Origin: Paludibacter sp.
GTDB lineage: Bacteria; Bacteroidota; Bacteroidia; Bacteroidales; Paludibacteraceae
Length of the DNA stretch: 64,000 nt
Assembly (NCBI GenBank): GCA_028691965.1
Contig: JAQUYE010000003.1
Span: 6,713-70,712 of the forward strand
Direction of reading: 5' to 3'
Shown: one piece after another, positions 9,695-20,522 of the stretch
Position numbering within the stretch: position 1 is the stretch's first letter
Layout of the letters: every line of letters begins with the position of its first letter
The notes under the pieces: generated by a model
Seen by the model: only the letters and a program-made list of their open reading frames with translations
The model's database searches: none
What the model was told of the DNA's origin: nothing
Position numbers and translations under genes: made by a program

Positions 9695-9702
9695 CAAAAA
9701 TA
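9695..9702 (-). promoter_or_regulatory. -7 promoter element (TATTTTTG) for the leftward kinase pair
   Basis: TAnnTTTG match on the minus strand. Confidence 0.5.
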
Positions 9703-9818
9703 GAATATTTTTTTAATCTAAACCACTATTATTTGACTAAGTACCAAAATTATAAAAAAAAACACTACATTCGTAATTACTTTAACACTCCCAGATTATT
9801 TCTAGCATCATTACGTAC

Positions 9819-12020
9819 ATGAAAACTGACTCACTAAAAGACATAATACGAGAAACCAGGATAATATTCGGCAAGAGAACTGAGCAACTTAAACAATTGG
9901 TGACAGGCGAACAGGATTCGAAACAAACTGAACACCCAGTTGATAGTCAGGATTTAATTACTCTGATTAATTTGACTTATTCTGATCCGGATATTGAACT
10001 GACAGAGGAAAAGATCCCATCCATACTTCACAACATTGCGGGTTATTTGGGTGCTGATTATGTTGCAGTTACGATGTTTTCGGCAAACAATTCAACTCAA
10101 CATTTTTCTAAATGGAGTTCAAAACCACTTGCACTACCGGAATCAATTGCGGTAGAGTTGCAAAAAACACTGACTGCTGAGCTTAGTAAAGGTGAGTCCA
10201 TTTACATCAGGTTCAATGAACCGACCACTGAAGGTAGTGATAATCATTTCCTTTTCATGAAGGAATTGGAAATCAACGGTCTGATCACTATTCCTTTGCT
10301 TTATAATGAGCATCTTATTGGCATGTTGGAAATGCACTTTAGTTGTTCATCACAGGACTTCAATCCTCAAAAAACAGCTATTTTACCTATAATAGCCAAA
10401 ATGCAATCAAATTTATTACAACGCATTCTTGTTCACAACAAACAACTCCTTAAACTGGACCAAGCAATAAACCGTCAACTTAAAATTGAGAAAGAACTAA
10501 AAAAAACCCGTAAGAATGCCGAAGATGCACAAAAGTCGAAAGATACTTTTTTTATAAACCTCAGTCATGAGATACGAACACCTCTCAACATAATTGATGG
10601 TATGCATCGTGAGCTATCACGTGAAAAACTAACATCTGAACAACATCAACTTTTACAACAATCCAACATAGCATCACGGTTTCTTCTAAATCTGTTCAAT
10701 AATGTAATGGACATTAACGACATCGAGACAGGGGTGTTTCAATTAAACAAGAAAGATTTTAACCTTACGGAATTGGTATTGGATGTACGGGAAATGCTCG
10801 AAAGCAAAATAAATGAAAAGAAATCTATCAATTTCCAACTCATTATCTCAGAATCACTGGCTCATTCATACACCGGAGATGCTCAACGACTTCAACAGAT
10901 CCTGGTTAAGCTAATTTCGAACGCATATGAATTTACAAATGAAGGGGTTGTGCGTGTAGAAGTAAAACTGCGTAGGAAAACAGACAAATTCCACGAATTG
11001 TATTTTGAAGTTTCGGATACAGGCATAGGCATGAGCAAGGCTTTTATGAATAGGATATTCAATCAATTTGCACAGGAAGATGAATCCCTAAGCAGAATTC
11101 ATCAGGGCGCAGGACTTGGATTATACATCTGTTACAAATTGTCAACTATTATGGGAGGAAACATAAGGGTCGAAAGCGAACAAGGGATTGGAACCCAATT
11201 TCAGTTAACTCTTCCACTTCCGGTAAGCGTTAGTCAAAATCAAGATATACGACCATCCCGAAATACAGGTTACAATTTCAGCCATCTTAGGATCCTTTTA
11301 GTAGAAGATAACGATACAAATCGGTTTATTGCAACCAAAACACTTCATTTCACAGGTTGCCAGGTAACTGAAGCCGCCAATGGACTTGAAGCAGTAGAGT
11401 TGATGCGTAAACAATCGTTTGATTTGGTATTAATGGATATTCAAATGCCTGTAATGAATGGTATGGATGCTACGTTGATAATTCGGAACGAATTAAACCT
11501 GTCGACTCCAATTATTGCTTTTACGGCTAATGCAATTGAGAGTGAAATTGCAAAATACCTGAAATGTGGTATGGAAGATTATATCGTAAAGCCTTTTCGG
11601 GAAATTGAGCTGTATCAAAAAATTGAATTACACACCAGTAAGCAAACTATAGAGAAAGTAGTACCAATCAGCGAGAAGTTGTATGATTTAAGTTATCTAC
11701 AGGAGCTAAGTCAAGGGGATAAAACCTTCACACTGCAAATAATTGAAACATTTGTTAGTATGGCCGAGCAGTCAATTCGTCAATTAAAAGCTGCTCTTAT
11801 TGAATCTGATTTCGTGGCTATCAAAAAAATAGCTCATAAAATAAAACCTACACTTGCAAACTTTCAGATTGTCACCATAAAATCAATTATTGATCGTTTA
11901 AACGCTACAGATCAGGGTATTGAAAACAAGGACATCCTCAAAGCGGATGTTGAAAAAGTGATAGAAGTCCTAGCGAAAGTTTTAGAAGAATTGAGAAAGC
12001 AGGGTTTTTCTTCAAAATAA
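9819..12020 (+). CDS. GAF-HisKA-HATPase-REC-HPt unorthodox hybrid kinase
   Basis: GAF-like segment (ITIPLLYNEHLIGML), LSHEIRTPLN, DTGIGM, GAGLGL, VLMDIQMP, HPt IAHKIKP; no TM helix. Confidence 0.9.
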   Translation: MKTDSLKDIIRETRIIFGKRTEQLKQLVTGEQDSKQTEHPVDSQDLITLINLTYSDPDIELTEEKIPSILHNIAGYLGADYVAVTMFSANNSTQHFSKWSSKPLALPESIAVELQKTLTAELSKGESIYIRFNEPTTEGSDNHFLFMKELEINGLITIPLLYNEHLIGMLEMHFSCSSQDFNPQKTAILPIIAKMQSNLLQRILVHNKQLLKLDQAINRQLKIEKELKKTRKNAEDAQKSKDTFFINLSHEIRTPLNIIDGMHRELSREKLTSEQHQLLQQSNIASRFLLNLFNNVMDINDIETGVFQLNKKDFNLTELVLDVREMLESKINEKKSINFQLIISESLAHSYTGDAQRLQQILVKLISNAYEFTNEGVVRVEVKLRRKTDKFHELYFEVSDTGIGMSKAFMNRIFNQFAQEDESLSRIHQGAGLGLYICYKLSTIMGGNIRVESEQGIGTQFQLTLPLPVSVSQNQDIRPSRNTGYNFSHLRILLVEDNDTNRFIATKTLHFTGCQVTEAANGLEAVELMRKQSFDLVLMDIQMPVMNGMDATLIIRNELNLSTPIIAFTANAIESEIAKYLKCGMEDYIVKPFREIELYQKIELHTSKQTIEKVVPISEKLYDLSYLQELSQGDKTFTLQIIETFVSMAEQSIRQLKAALIESDFVAIKKIAHKIKPTLANFQIVTIKSIIDRLNATDQGIENKDILKADVEKVIEVLAKVLEELRKQGFSSK

Positions 12021-12077
12021 AATACAAACTTATTCTAACTCTGTTGAATAGATATGATAAAGTATAAAATATTTTAC

Positions 12078-12085
12078 TATTTTTG
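12078..12085 (+). promoter_or_regulatory. -7 promoter element (TATTTTTG) for the REC-kinase/EPS operon
   Basis: TAnnTTTG match about 120 nt upstream of ATG 12204. Confidence 0.55.
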
Positions 12086-12203
12086 CAAGTAATATTACAC
12101 TACAAATTGTAATAAATACAACCCAATAACAGAAACCTGAATCAGCTGTATAAGCCTTTTTCACAATTAGTTATAGTTATATATTGCTGCAATATACGAT
12201 AAA

Positions 12204-13337
12204 ATGAAAAAGATAATAATCATTGATGATAATACAGTATCACTGGTATTGATTGCAAAGATTCTGAGCAATGCCGGTTATAAACCTGTAACAACTGACG
12301 ATACTTCTAATGCAATAGAAAAAATCAGACATGAAAAGCCTTCAATGATTATCCTGGATATTGAAATGCCGGGAATAAATGGGTTCGAACTTTGTCGCAA
12401 GATTAAGACCCAGGATGACTTGAAAGAAATTCCTGTAATTTTTCTAACAGCTAATCAGGAAACCGATACAATGGTTGAAGGTTTTCAGTCAGGTGGTGTA
12501 GATTTTATTACCAAACCTTACCGAAAAGAAGAGTTGTATGCTCGTGTTCATAATCATATCGAACTTGCAGAATCCCGTAAGACGATTATTGAAATGAACA
12601 GATCGCGGGATAAGCTATACTCAATCATTGCCCATGATATTCGTTCTCCACTTGCAGGAATCGTTCAAACAATCGATGCGATTGATCAGGGGTTCTTTGA
12701 TCCTACTTCCGATTTATTCAAAGAAATTATTCGGGATTTAAAGAACAGAACCAACGAAACTAACACATTGCTTAATAGTTTGTTGCAGTGGACAAGAATG
12801 CAGGATAAAGCTGTAGCACTTAATCCCAAAATGACAAATTTATACGAATTGCTGAAAAGCTGTATAAGTTTACTTGAATTAAATGCAAAAGAAAAGAACA
12901 TTACTATCGACCTCAAACTGAAAAAAAATATTGAGGCCTTTTGTGATGAGGTTAGCACACATACCATTTTTAGAAATCTGATTAATAATGCAATCAAATT
13001 TACGCCTGAAAACGGAAAAGTTACTATCTTTGGGAAAAGTGGACTTCGCCATACAGATATTACAATCGAAGATACAGGTGTGGGTATGAGCAAAGAAATA
13101 ATTAACAAGATTTTGGTTGAAAATGAACATTATACCAGTTATGGCACTCGTAACGAAAAAGGTACCGGCCTGGGATTAATGATTGTAAAAAACTTCGTTC
13201 ATAGAAACAAAGGCGTATTAAAAGTTGAAAGTCAGGAAGGTAAAGGCAGTAAGTTTATTGTTAGCCTGCCATCTTTACCTAAAAAAAGTAGTACTAAAAA
13301 GAGTCGAAAGAAAAAACAGATGATCAGCAATAGCTAA
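12204..13337 (+). CDS. REC-HisKA-HATPase hybrid kinase (same architecture as 5988..7094)
   Basis: IIIDD...IILDIEMP...TKPY; AHDIRSP; RNLINNAIKFT; GTGLGL; Lys-rich tail. Confidence 0.93.
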   Translation: MKKIIIIDDNTVSLVLIAKILSNAGYKPVTTDDTSNAIEKIRHEKPSMIILDIEMPGINGFELCRKIKTQDDLKEIPVIFLTANQETDTMVEGFQSGGVDFITKPYRKEELYARVHNHIELAESRKTIIEMNRSRDKLYSIIAHDIRSPLAGIVQTIDAIDQGFFDPTSDLFKEIIRDLKNRTNETNTLLNSLLQWTRMQDKAVALNPKMTNLYELLKSCISLLELNAKEKNITIDLKLKKNIEAFCDEVSTHTIFRNLINNAIKFTPENGKVTIFGKSGLRHTDITIEDTGVGMSKEIINKILVENEHYTSYGTRNEKGTGLGLMIVKNFVHRNKGVLKVESQEGKGSKFIVSLPSLPKKSSTKKSRKKKQMISNS

Positions 13338-13349
13338 TAATCAGAGTGT

Positions 13350-13721
13350 ATGAAAAAAGTTTTAATTATTGATGACAATAACGAATTCAGAAGGCTTACT
13401 AAAACAATTCTGATGAGTAAATACGAAGTGGAAACCGCTATAAACGGCCTGGATGCATTTACTATATTGCAAAGTGGGTATATGCCTGACTTGATTGTGA
13501 CCGACCTGATGATGCCAGGCATGGGTGGAAAAGGATTTGTAGAACAACTTAAAAGTAGTGGTGCTTTTCAACATATTCCTGTAATAGTGTTATCATCAAT
13601 TGACAAAAGTGATGAGAAGATTCAGCTTTTACAACTGGGAGCTACAGACTATCTTGAGAAGCCTTACAATCCTTCCGAGCTATTAATTCGCATTGAAAAT
13701 ATCTTCAAATTCAGAGTTTAA
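13350..13721 (+). CDS. Single-domain response regulator (CheY-like)
   Basis: VLIIDD, IVTDLMMP, VLSS, EKPY; no output domain. Confidence 0.93.
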   Translation: MKKVLIIDDNNEFRRLTKTILMSKYEVETAINGLDAFTILQSGYMPDLIVTDLMMPGMGGKGFVEQLKSSGAFQHIPVIVLSSIDKSDEKIQLLQLGATDYLEKPYNPSELLIRIENIFKFRV

Positions 13722-13730
13722 TAAAATTGT

Positions 13731-14843
13731 ATGTATTACAACGCATTATATGTAGGAAACGATCCCTTGTTCCCTGACCGGATAAATGGAGAAAACTGTC
13801 AATTTAATTGTTCAGTGGTTACTTCTGCATTTGAAGCATTGACATTAAAAACTGATTTTGATTGTATTTTTTACCAACAAGATACAGTAGAGAACACTCT
13901 GCTTGCACTACAAGTACTGCGACAAAATCTTAAAGATAAAAAAACAGTAATTTTTATAATTGGCGATCGAAAACTGGCGAGTGAATGGTTGAAGGCCGGT
14001 GCTCATGATGTATTTTCAGCTGATTTCGATTTAAACGCTATCTGTAAACGCTTCAACTTCCTGTTTTCAAACAAGGAACAACTTAAAAACAGTATACGGG
14101 AAGAAGAATCGCAAACAATACCGGGTTTGCCACTTTGGAAGCGCACCTTTGATATCCTTTTCTCTTTTACAGTAATTTTAGTGTTACTGCCGGTCTTATT
14201 GCTAATAGCGTTAGCAATTCGTGTTGAATCAAGGGGAAAGGTGTATTATATTGCCCCTCGGGTTGGATCCGGCTATAAGATATTTGGTTTTATAAAGTTT
14301 AGAAGCATGTATCAGAATGCCGATAAGAAAGTGGATCATTTAATGAAGGACAATCAGTATTTAACCGAGCAGGTTGAAACCACAGAATACAACAACGAAA
14401 GCCCGTTGCTTATCAGTGATGACGGATTAGTACAGGAGGATAAATACAAACAGAAAAAGACTACAAAACGCGATAATGCATTTTTCAAGGTCGCCAATGA
14501 TCCACGTATCACCCGTGTAGGACGAATTATACGGAATACTAGTCTGGACGAGCTTCCGCAGTTGATAAACGTTTTGAAAGGAGATATGTCGATAGTTGGA
14601 AATCGCCCTCTCCCACTTTACGAAGCCGAGTTGCTGACCACCGATCAATGGTCGAAGAGATTCTCAGCACCCTCTGGTATTACCGGCTTATGGCAAATAA
14701 CTAAACGTGGAGGAGCTAACAAGATGTCAGCCGATGAACGAAAACAACTGGACATCGAATATGCAGAGAATTATTCGTTATGGTACGACCTAAAAATTAT
14801 TTTAAAAACGGTACCTGCAATGTTACAACATGAAAATGTATAA
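13731..14843 (+). CDS. Priming sugar-phosphate transferase (bacterial sugar transferase family) with N-terminal degenerate receiver domain
   Basis: [57 protein letters not shown]. Confidence 0.92.
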   Translation: MYYNALYVGNDPLFPDRINGENCQFNCSVVTSAFEALTLKTDFDCIFYQQDTVENTLLALQVLRQNLKDKKTVIFIIGDRKLASEWLKAGAHDVFSADFDLNAICKRFNFLFSNKEQLKNSIREEESQTIPGLPLWKRTFDILFSFTVILVLLPVLLLIALAIRVESRGKVYYIAPRVGSGYKIFGFIKFRSMYQNADKKVDHLMKDNQYLTEQVETTEYNNESPLLISDDGLVQEDKYKQKKTTKRDNAFFKVANDPRITRVGRIIRNTSLDELPQLINVLKGDMSIVGNRPLPLYEAELLTTDQWSKRFSAPSGITGLWQITKRGGANKMSADERKQLDIEYAENYSLWYDLKIILKTVPAMLQHENV

Positions 14844-15606
14844 ATCAAAGTTAGAAAGAACAATGCGCAGTTGGATAATTATTATAATCTTGGTGATTGG
14901 GCTGACACCTGTGAATGCTCAGTACGAATCTAATTATTTTCATTCTTTAGACAATGATTCTGCACTACAGGGCATTCAATTACCTGAATTAAATCAATTT
15001 ATTGAAGCTGCCTTAGAGTATAGTGCACATTATAGAATGCTGGAAGCCCAAATGAAAACTATGGATTCACAAATCAAAACAAAAAAAATTCAATGGCTTG
15101 ACCACTTTTTTATAGATGCTGACACTAGATACGGGCTCTATAACTATATATTTGTATCAGGTGCTCAAAACAGTCCTGGAATTGCACCTACTGAAAATCG
15201 CTTCAGCTACTTTGCTGCCTTTTCTATACGAATCCCTTTATCAACTTTCTCAAAAGCCAAACATGAAATACAAACTCTCAAACACACAAAAGATTATTAC
15301 AAAGCACAACAAGAACAACTTCTTGATGAGCTACGAGGATATATTATTGAAGAATATTATCTAATGCGTACTTTTAAAGATCAAATGATTGCTCATCAGG
15401 AGGTTATGCAAACTGTTAGATCTCTATACATGAAAGCTTTACGCGACTTAGAAAGAGGATATATTAACATGGAAGACATAACAGATTTTGCTGAATCTAA
15501 AGCTAAAGCAGAAACTGATTTCTATAAAGCAAAATACGAGTTCTTCATGCATGCTGAGAAACTTTTTGCTTTGTCGGGTTATAAATTAAAACCATCTTCT
15601 GAATGA
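14830..15606 (+). CDS. TolC-like outer membrane protein of the EPS locus
   Basis: Signal peptide, long helices flanking two beta strands (FFIDADTRYG; FSIRIPL); about half the length of TolC; position in the operon. Confidence 0.65.
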   Translation: MKMYKSKLERTMRSWIIIIILVIGLTPVNAQYESNYFHSLDNDSALQGIQLPELNQFIEAALEYSAHYRMLEAQMKTMDSQIKTKKIQWLDHFFIDADTRYGLYNYIFVSGAQNSPGIAPTENRFSYFAAFSIRIPLSTFSKAKHEIQTLKHTKDYYKAQQEQLLDELRGYIIEEYYLMRTFKDQMIAHQEVMQTVRSLYMKALRDLERGYINMEDITDFAESKAKAETDFYKAKYEFFMHAEKLFALSGYKLKPSSE

Positions 15607-17777
15607 ATCTTGTCGCATTTATTAAGCTTCTTTATGTGAAGCGATTCTACATAGTATCCATCCCGCTACTTTTCGGACTAGCAACTTATTTGATTACCAG
15701 AGATCTGCCTGATCGTTACACCTCATCAGCTACTCTATTCACTGGAATCACATCCAACACCGGTCTTGAAATGATGGGGACTCGAATTGATAACGTTCAA
15801 ACACTTAATGAATATAATAACGTACTTAGTATAATTAAATCCAGGTCACTGGCTGAGGAGACTGGTCTAAGACTACTAGCACAGCATCTGACTCAGAATG
15901 CACCTAATAGTTTATTTATCAACGAAGATGCGTATAATGAACTCGTGGAAGAAGTTCCTGAAGATGTTAAAAAATTAATTGTTAATAACGACCAAGAAAA
16001 GAGTTATCTCAATCTCAAACAAAATGTAACCAAAGATAAACATGGGTTTCTTTATCAACTACTTAACGGAAATAACCCATACTATAGTGTGGAAGGAATC
16101 AAAAAACTTAATGCTGAAAGAATTGGAGCATCAGACTTGATAAGAATATCTTACGATTCATACGATCCTGCCATAGCATACAATACCATAAAAATTGCGA
16201 CTGAAGTATTTAACAAACGGTATATTGTTATTAAAAAAAACCAATCAAGTAATGCTATTGCTTACTTTCAAAGCAAACTAAAAGAAGTAGCTAAAAGACT
16301 TCAGGAGGCTGAACAAAAATTACTTGATTATAATATTTCTAATAACATAATTAACTATAACGAACAGACAGAACAGATAACAACACAACAAGAAAAGCTT
16401 GAACTGCGAATGCAGGATGTAAAGATGGAATATGAAGGAGCTTCTGCTGTTGTTTTAAAACTTGAAAGTGAAATAGAAGCTCGATATAAAATAAATTTAC
16501 AAAATCAATCAATATATGAAATTCGTAAAAGAATTGCAGACACAAGCAATACCATAGCACAATTACAAGTATACAATGATATAGAACAGCCGAAAAGACT
16601 TTCGCAGCTTATTCAACAACGGGCAAAATTAGAACAAAGCTTACAAAATAAAATTGACTCAATTTACACTATAGACAGTAAGACTTTTGGACTTGATTTT
16701 CAGCGAATGATGTCAGAATGGATTAATGCTATTATAAATTATGAATCAAATGCCGCATTTTATAGATCTATTCGCGAACGACATCGTGACTTTATGAGTC
16801 AATACAAAATTTTAGCACCTGTTGGAGCTACTATTAAACGTTATGAAAGAGAAATTGATGTTATTGAAGCTGAATATTTAAATGTACAAAACAACCTTAA
16901 CATTGCTTTACAGAAAGAGCAAAACATGACATTAGTAACAGATATGAAAATGATGGATGAGGCCTCATTACCACTACTGCCAAATCCATCTAAAAATCGC
17001 CTTTATATTCTTATTGTGTCTATATTTTCTCTTATATTTTATATTGCATCTCTACTCATTGCTGAGATATTAGATATGCGAATAAAAACTCCTGGTAATT
17101 TAAAAAAATTAAGCGAACTGGAGGTGCTCGGAGCATTTTGTAACGAAGACCCTAAAGACAAAGAAAGTGCTGCAAATCAAATAAATAAAAGAACTGCAGT
17201 TTTTATATTTGAGAAGATTCGAGAAAAAGCAACATCTAACCCACAACCAATATATATACAAATATTAAGCATATGGGATAATGCTGGAAAAAAGGAGACT
17301 GCAAGTAAAATTGTAAAAGAACTCAAAGAAAGAAAGTGGAAAGTAAAGCTATTTAATTTTAATACTCATATTACTAAGAATAGCCTAATAGAAAATAACA
17401 ATGAATTAGGTGAAAGAGATGGATTATTAAAAAGTTTTCAAAACTCAAACTCATACAAAGAAATGTATAGCTACCTAACCCTAAAACCTGATGTTATTAT
17501 CAGCATTATACCTGCTATTAGTCATGGAATTGACAATGCTGTACTTGTAAAGACCGCTGATATAAATATAATCGTTTTTGACAGTCTGCTTACTTGGAAT
17601 GAGGCTGATAGAATAAACCTAAATAAACTTAAATCATCAATACCAAATAATATGTTTTCAGTATTATCAAATGGTCGAGTTGAGTATATGGAAGATATGT
17701 TTGGTGAAATACCAAGAAAAAGATCTTATATACGAAAGAAACTTAAATACTTAATCACGCGTTTTATTAAGGTCTAA
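15603..17777 (+). CDS. Polysaccharide co-polymerase, GumC/Wzc-like
   Basis: N-terminal TM, YTSSATLFTGI, long periplasmic coiled coil, second TM, degenerate P-loop domain (SIWDNAGKK). Confidence 0.85.
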   Translation: MNLVAFIKLLYVKRFYIVSIPLLFGLATYLITRDLPDRYTSSATLFTGITSNTGLEMMGTRIDNVQTLNEYNNVLSIIKSRSLAEETGLRLLAQHLTQNAPNSLFINEDAYNELVEEVPEDVKKLIVNNDQEKSYLNLKQNVTKDKHGFLYQLLNGNNPYYSVEGIKKLNAERIGASDLIRISYDSYDPAIAYNTIKIATEVFNKRYIVIKKNQSSNAIAYFQSKLKEVAKRLQEAEQKLLDYNISNNIINYNEQTEQITTQQEKLELRMQDVKMEYEGASAVVLKLESEIEARYKINLQNQSIYEIRKRIADTSNTIAQLQVYNDIEQPKRLSQLIQQRAKLEQSLQNKIDSIYTIDSKTFGLDFQRMMSEWINAIINYESNAAFYRSIRERHRDFMSQYKILAPVGATIKRYEREIDVIEAEYLNVQNNLNIALQKEQNMTLVTDMKMMDEASLPLLPNPSKNRLYILIVSIFSLIFYIASLLIAEILDMRIKTPGNLKKLSELEVLGAFCNEDPKDKESAANQINKRTAVFIFEKIREKATSNPQPIYIQILSIWDNAGKKETASKIVKELKERKWKVKLFNFNTHITKNSLIENNNELGERDGLLKSFQNSNSYKEMYSYLTLKPDVIISIIPAISHGIDNAVLVKTADINIIVFDSLLTWNEADRINLNKLKSSIPNNMFSVLSNGRVEYMEDMFGEIPRKRSYIRKKLKYLITRFIKV

Positions 17778-17782
17778 ATACT

Positions 17783-19258
17783 TTGCCAAAACCAACAGAA
17801 AATATGCTAGAGAAATCAACCTTATTTAGGAAAAATTTTCATACTATTTCCACAATTATATTGCTATGCTTTTTTTTAATAGTCCTTATTGGTACTCTTT
17901 TTTCTTTTGCTGAAAATAATATAACCTTAGGAATAGTTACTATACTATCGCCTTTACTTATTATTTTAATTATTGCTATTTTACTTAAGGCACGAGTAGG
18001 CATTGTTGCTATTTTGTTTGCCAATTATTTCGCAATAGGATTGTCTAGATATGTTGATTTGCCAACTGGTTTGATGGTGGATGGTTTTCTTTTCCTAACT
18101 CTTGCAAGTGTATTTTTCAGCCAACTTAGAACTAAAGTTGACTGGAGTCAAGCCTCTAAGGACTTAACCTATTTAGTGCTATTCTGGATGTTAATGACTA
18201 TTTTGCAATTATTAAATCCAGAAACCGTAAGTAGGACTGCATGGATGTACGCCATGCGTAGTATGGCATTATATTCTGCAGTTATAGTCCCCTTAATTTT
18301 TATTACATACAACAAGCCAAAAGATTTAAAGTCATTTATACATATAATTATGTGGTTTACAGTCTTGGCAATATTAAAAGGAATTCAACAAAAATTTTTA
18401 GGCCCTGACCAGTGGGAGCTTCGATGGTTGAACGAACCAGGCAACAGAACAACACATATTTTATTCGGTGTTTTACGTGTTTTTTCATTTTACGGTGATG
18501 CAGGTTCTTTTGGTGGCATGATGGCTTACTTTGGGGTGATTTTCATGGTACTTGCTCTACATTTAAAAGTTGACATTTTTAGCAAATTCTTATTTTTGTT
18601 AGTATCATTTGGTTCTTTTTATGCTATGGCAATTTCAGGGACAAGAAGTGCTGTTGCCGTTCCTTTTGTTGGCTTTTTTGTTTATGCATTTTTAACTAAG
18701 AATTTTAAGGTTATGTTTATAACTGGTATAATATTATTAGCTGCAATAGTGACTCTAAAATACACAAGAATTGGTCAAAGCTACTACGAAATACGTAGAA
18801 TGAGAACAATATTCCAATCCGAGGAACCTTCACTAAAAATCCGACAAGAAAATAGAGAATTATTTCGTAAATATCTGGAAAGAAGACCATTTGGTGGGGG
18901 AGTTGGTTCAGCTGGAAATTGGGGTGAACGTTTTACTCCTGAAACCTTTCTTGCACAAACCCCTACTGATGGTTGGTATGTTCAGGTTTGGGTAGAACAG
19001 GGTATTGTAGGTCTTATCTTTTACTTATCTATGATTCTCTATATAACTTTTAAAGCTATTTTTCTAACTTTATTTAGAATTACAAACCACAATTTTCGTT
19101 TTATTGCGATTGCATTCTTAAGCGGTGCTTATGGTATAATGGTCTCTTCGTATACTGCATCTACTTTAGGGCAAATGCCCGGTACAATAATATTTTTTGT
19201 TACCATGAGTTTTATCTTTTTAATGCCTCAATGGGAGAAAGAGCAGTTAACATTATAA
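17783..19258 (+). CDS. O-antigen ligase/Wzy-like polymerase
   Basis: About 12 TM helices; RVFSFYGDAG, ISGTRSA, PFGGGVG, TDGWYVQVWVEQGIVG. Confidence 0.85.
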   Translation: MPKPTENMLEKSTLFRKNFHTISTIILLCFFLIVLIGTLFSFAENNITLGIVTILSPLLIILIIAILLKARVGIVAILFANYFAIGLSRYVDLPTGLMVDGFLFLTLASVFFSQLRTKVDWSQASKDLTYLVLFWMLMTILQLLNPETVSRTAWMYAMRSMALYSAVIVPLIFITYNKPKDLKSFIHIIMWFTVLAILKGIQQKFLGPDQWELRWLNEPGNRTTHILFGVLRVFSFYGDAGSFGGMMAYFGVIFMVLALHLKVDIFSKFLFLLVSFGSFYAMAISGTRSAVAVPFVGFFVYAFLTKNFKVMFITGIILLAAIVTLKYTRIGQSYYEIRRMRTIFQSEEPSLKIRQENRELFRKYLERRPFGGGVGSAGNWGERFTPETFLAQTPTDGWYVQVWVEQGIVGLIFYLSMILYITFKAIFLTLFRITNHNFRFIAIAFLSGAYGIMVSSYTASTLGQMPGTIIFFVTMSFIFLMPQWEKEQLTL

Positions 19259-19329
19259 AGTGTACTTTAATTAATTACTTGCCAACAATATTAAAAAAAA
19301 CGTTTAAACATATTTATATACAGCTAATC

Positions 19330-20475
19330 ATGATAATTGGCATTGAAGGACAACGACTGTTTCGGAAAAAAAAGCACGGTATGGATATCGTTGCTCTGGA
19401 ACTTATACGTAGACTTTCGCTATTCGACAAATCCAATAACTATGTGATATTTGTAAAAAAGGATGATGACACTTCCTGCATACAGGAAAGTAAAAATATT
19501 AAAATTGTTGTTTTACCAAAAGCTCCCTACCCAATCTGGGAACAACTTCTGTTGCCAAGAGCAGCCATAAAAGCAGGATGTGATATTCTCCACTGTACAA
19601 GTAATACGGCTCCATTATTCTCAAAAATCCCTCTGATAACAACTGTTCACGACATTATCTACCTGGAGAAAGTGAGATTATTTACCGGAGGGGGGAGTTA
19701 TTATCAACGTATGGGGAACTTATACCGTTTAATAGTCGTTCCGCTTATTACCCGACGTAGCAAACGGGTTGTAACAGTATCGGAATTTGAACGCAACAAT
19801 ATTCAACAAACCTTAGGAATAAACACCAACCTTAGTGTTATATATAATGGGGTCAGTGATCATTTTAAAAAGATAACTGATCCGGCCATTTTGAAGACAT
19901 CAAAAACCAACCATCATTTACCAGACAACTTTATTCTCTTCTTAGGTAATACTGATCCTAAGAAGAACACCAGGAATGTATTGAAAGCTTTCGCAATATA
20001 CCAGCAAAAATACGATGATACTTTACAGTTGGTAATCCCTGATTTGGATGAACAATATTTAAAATCATTACTTAACGAAACAGTAAAGCCGGATATAAGA
20101 AATAAAATAGTTATGACTGGCTATATTCCGAATCACGCTCTTCCTGCTGTACTGACTCAGAGTCGTATCCTACTATATCCGTCTCTAAGAGAGAGTTTTG
20201 GAATCCCAATATTGGAAGGAATGGCCTGTGGCGTACCTGTAATAACATCAATTACTTCTTCAATGCCTGAAGTAGCAGGGGATGCAGCTTATCTTGTGGA
20301 CCCGACTTGTCCCGAAGCTATTGCTGATGCTATCCACAAGGTGCTTACTGAAAATGAGCTGGCGGAGAACCTTTCTAAAAAAGGCATACAGCGCGCTACT
20401 CAATTCTCATGGAATAATACAGCACAGCAGTATATTTCTTTATACAAAGAAGTTTATAAAGAGTTTAATCCTTGA
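19330..20475 (+). CDS. Glycosyltransferase family 4
   Basis: TVHDIIY, TVSEFE, PKKN, ESFGIPILEGMACGVPVI. Start reassigned to ATG 19330. Confidence 0.92.
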   Translation: MIIGIEGQRLFRKKKHGMDIVALELIRRLSLFDKSNNYVIFVKKDDDTSCIQESKNIKIVVLPKAPYPIWEQLLLPRAAIKAGCDILHCTSNTAPLFSKIPLITTVHDIIYLEKVRLFTGGGSYYQRMGNLYRLIVVPLITRRSKRVVTVSEFERNNIQQTLGINTNLSVIYNGVSDHFKKITDPAILKTSKTNHHLPDNFILFLGNTDPKKNTRNVLKAFAIYQQKYDDTLQLVIPDLDEQYLKSLLNETVKPDIRNKIVMTGYIPNHALPAVLTQSRILLYPSLRESFGIPILEGMACGVPVITSITSSMPEVAGDAAYLVDPTCPEAIADAIHKVLTENELAENLSKKGIQRATQFSWNNTAQQYISLYKEVYKEFNP

Positions 20476-20522
20476 TATTTTGACTATATTGCAGAATGAA
20501 AGAGCAATTTAATAATTGAACA

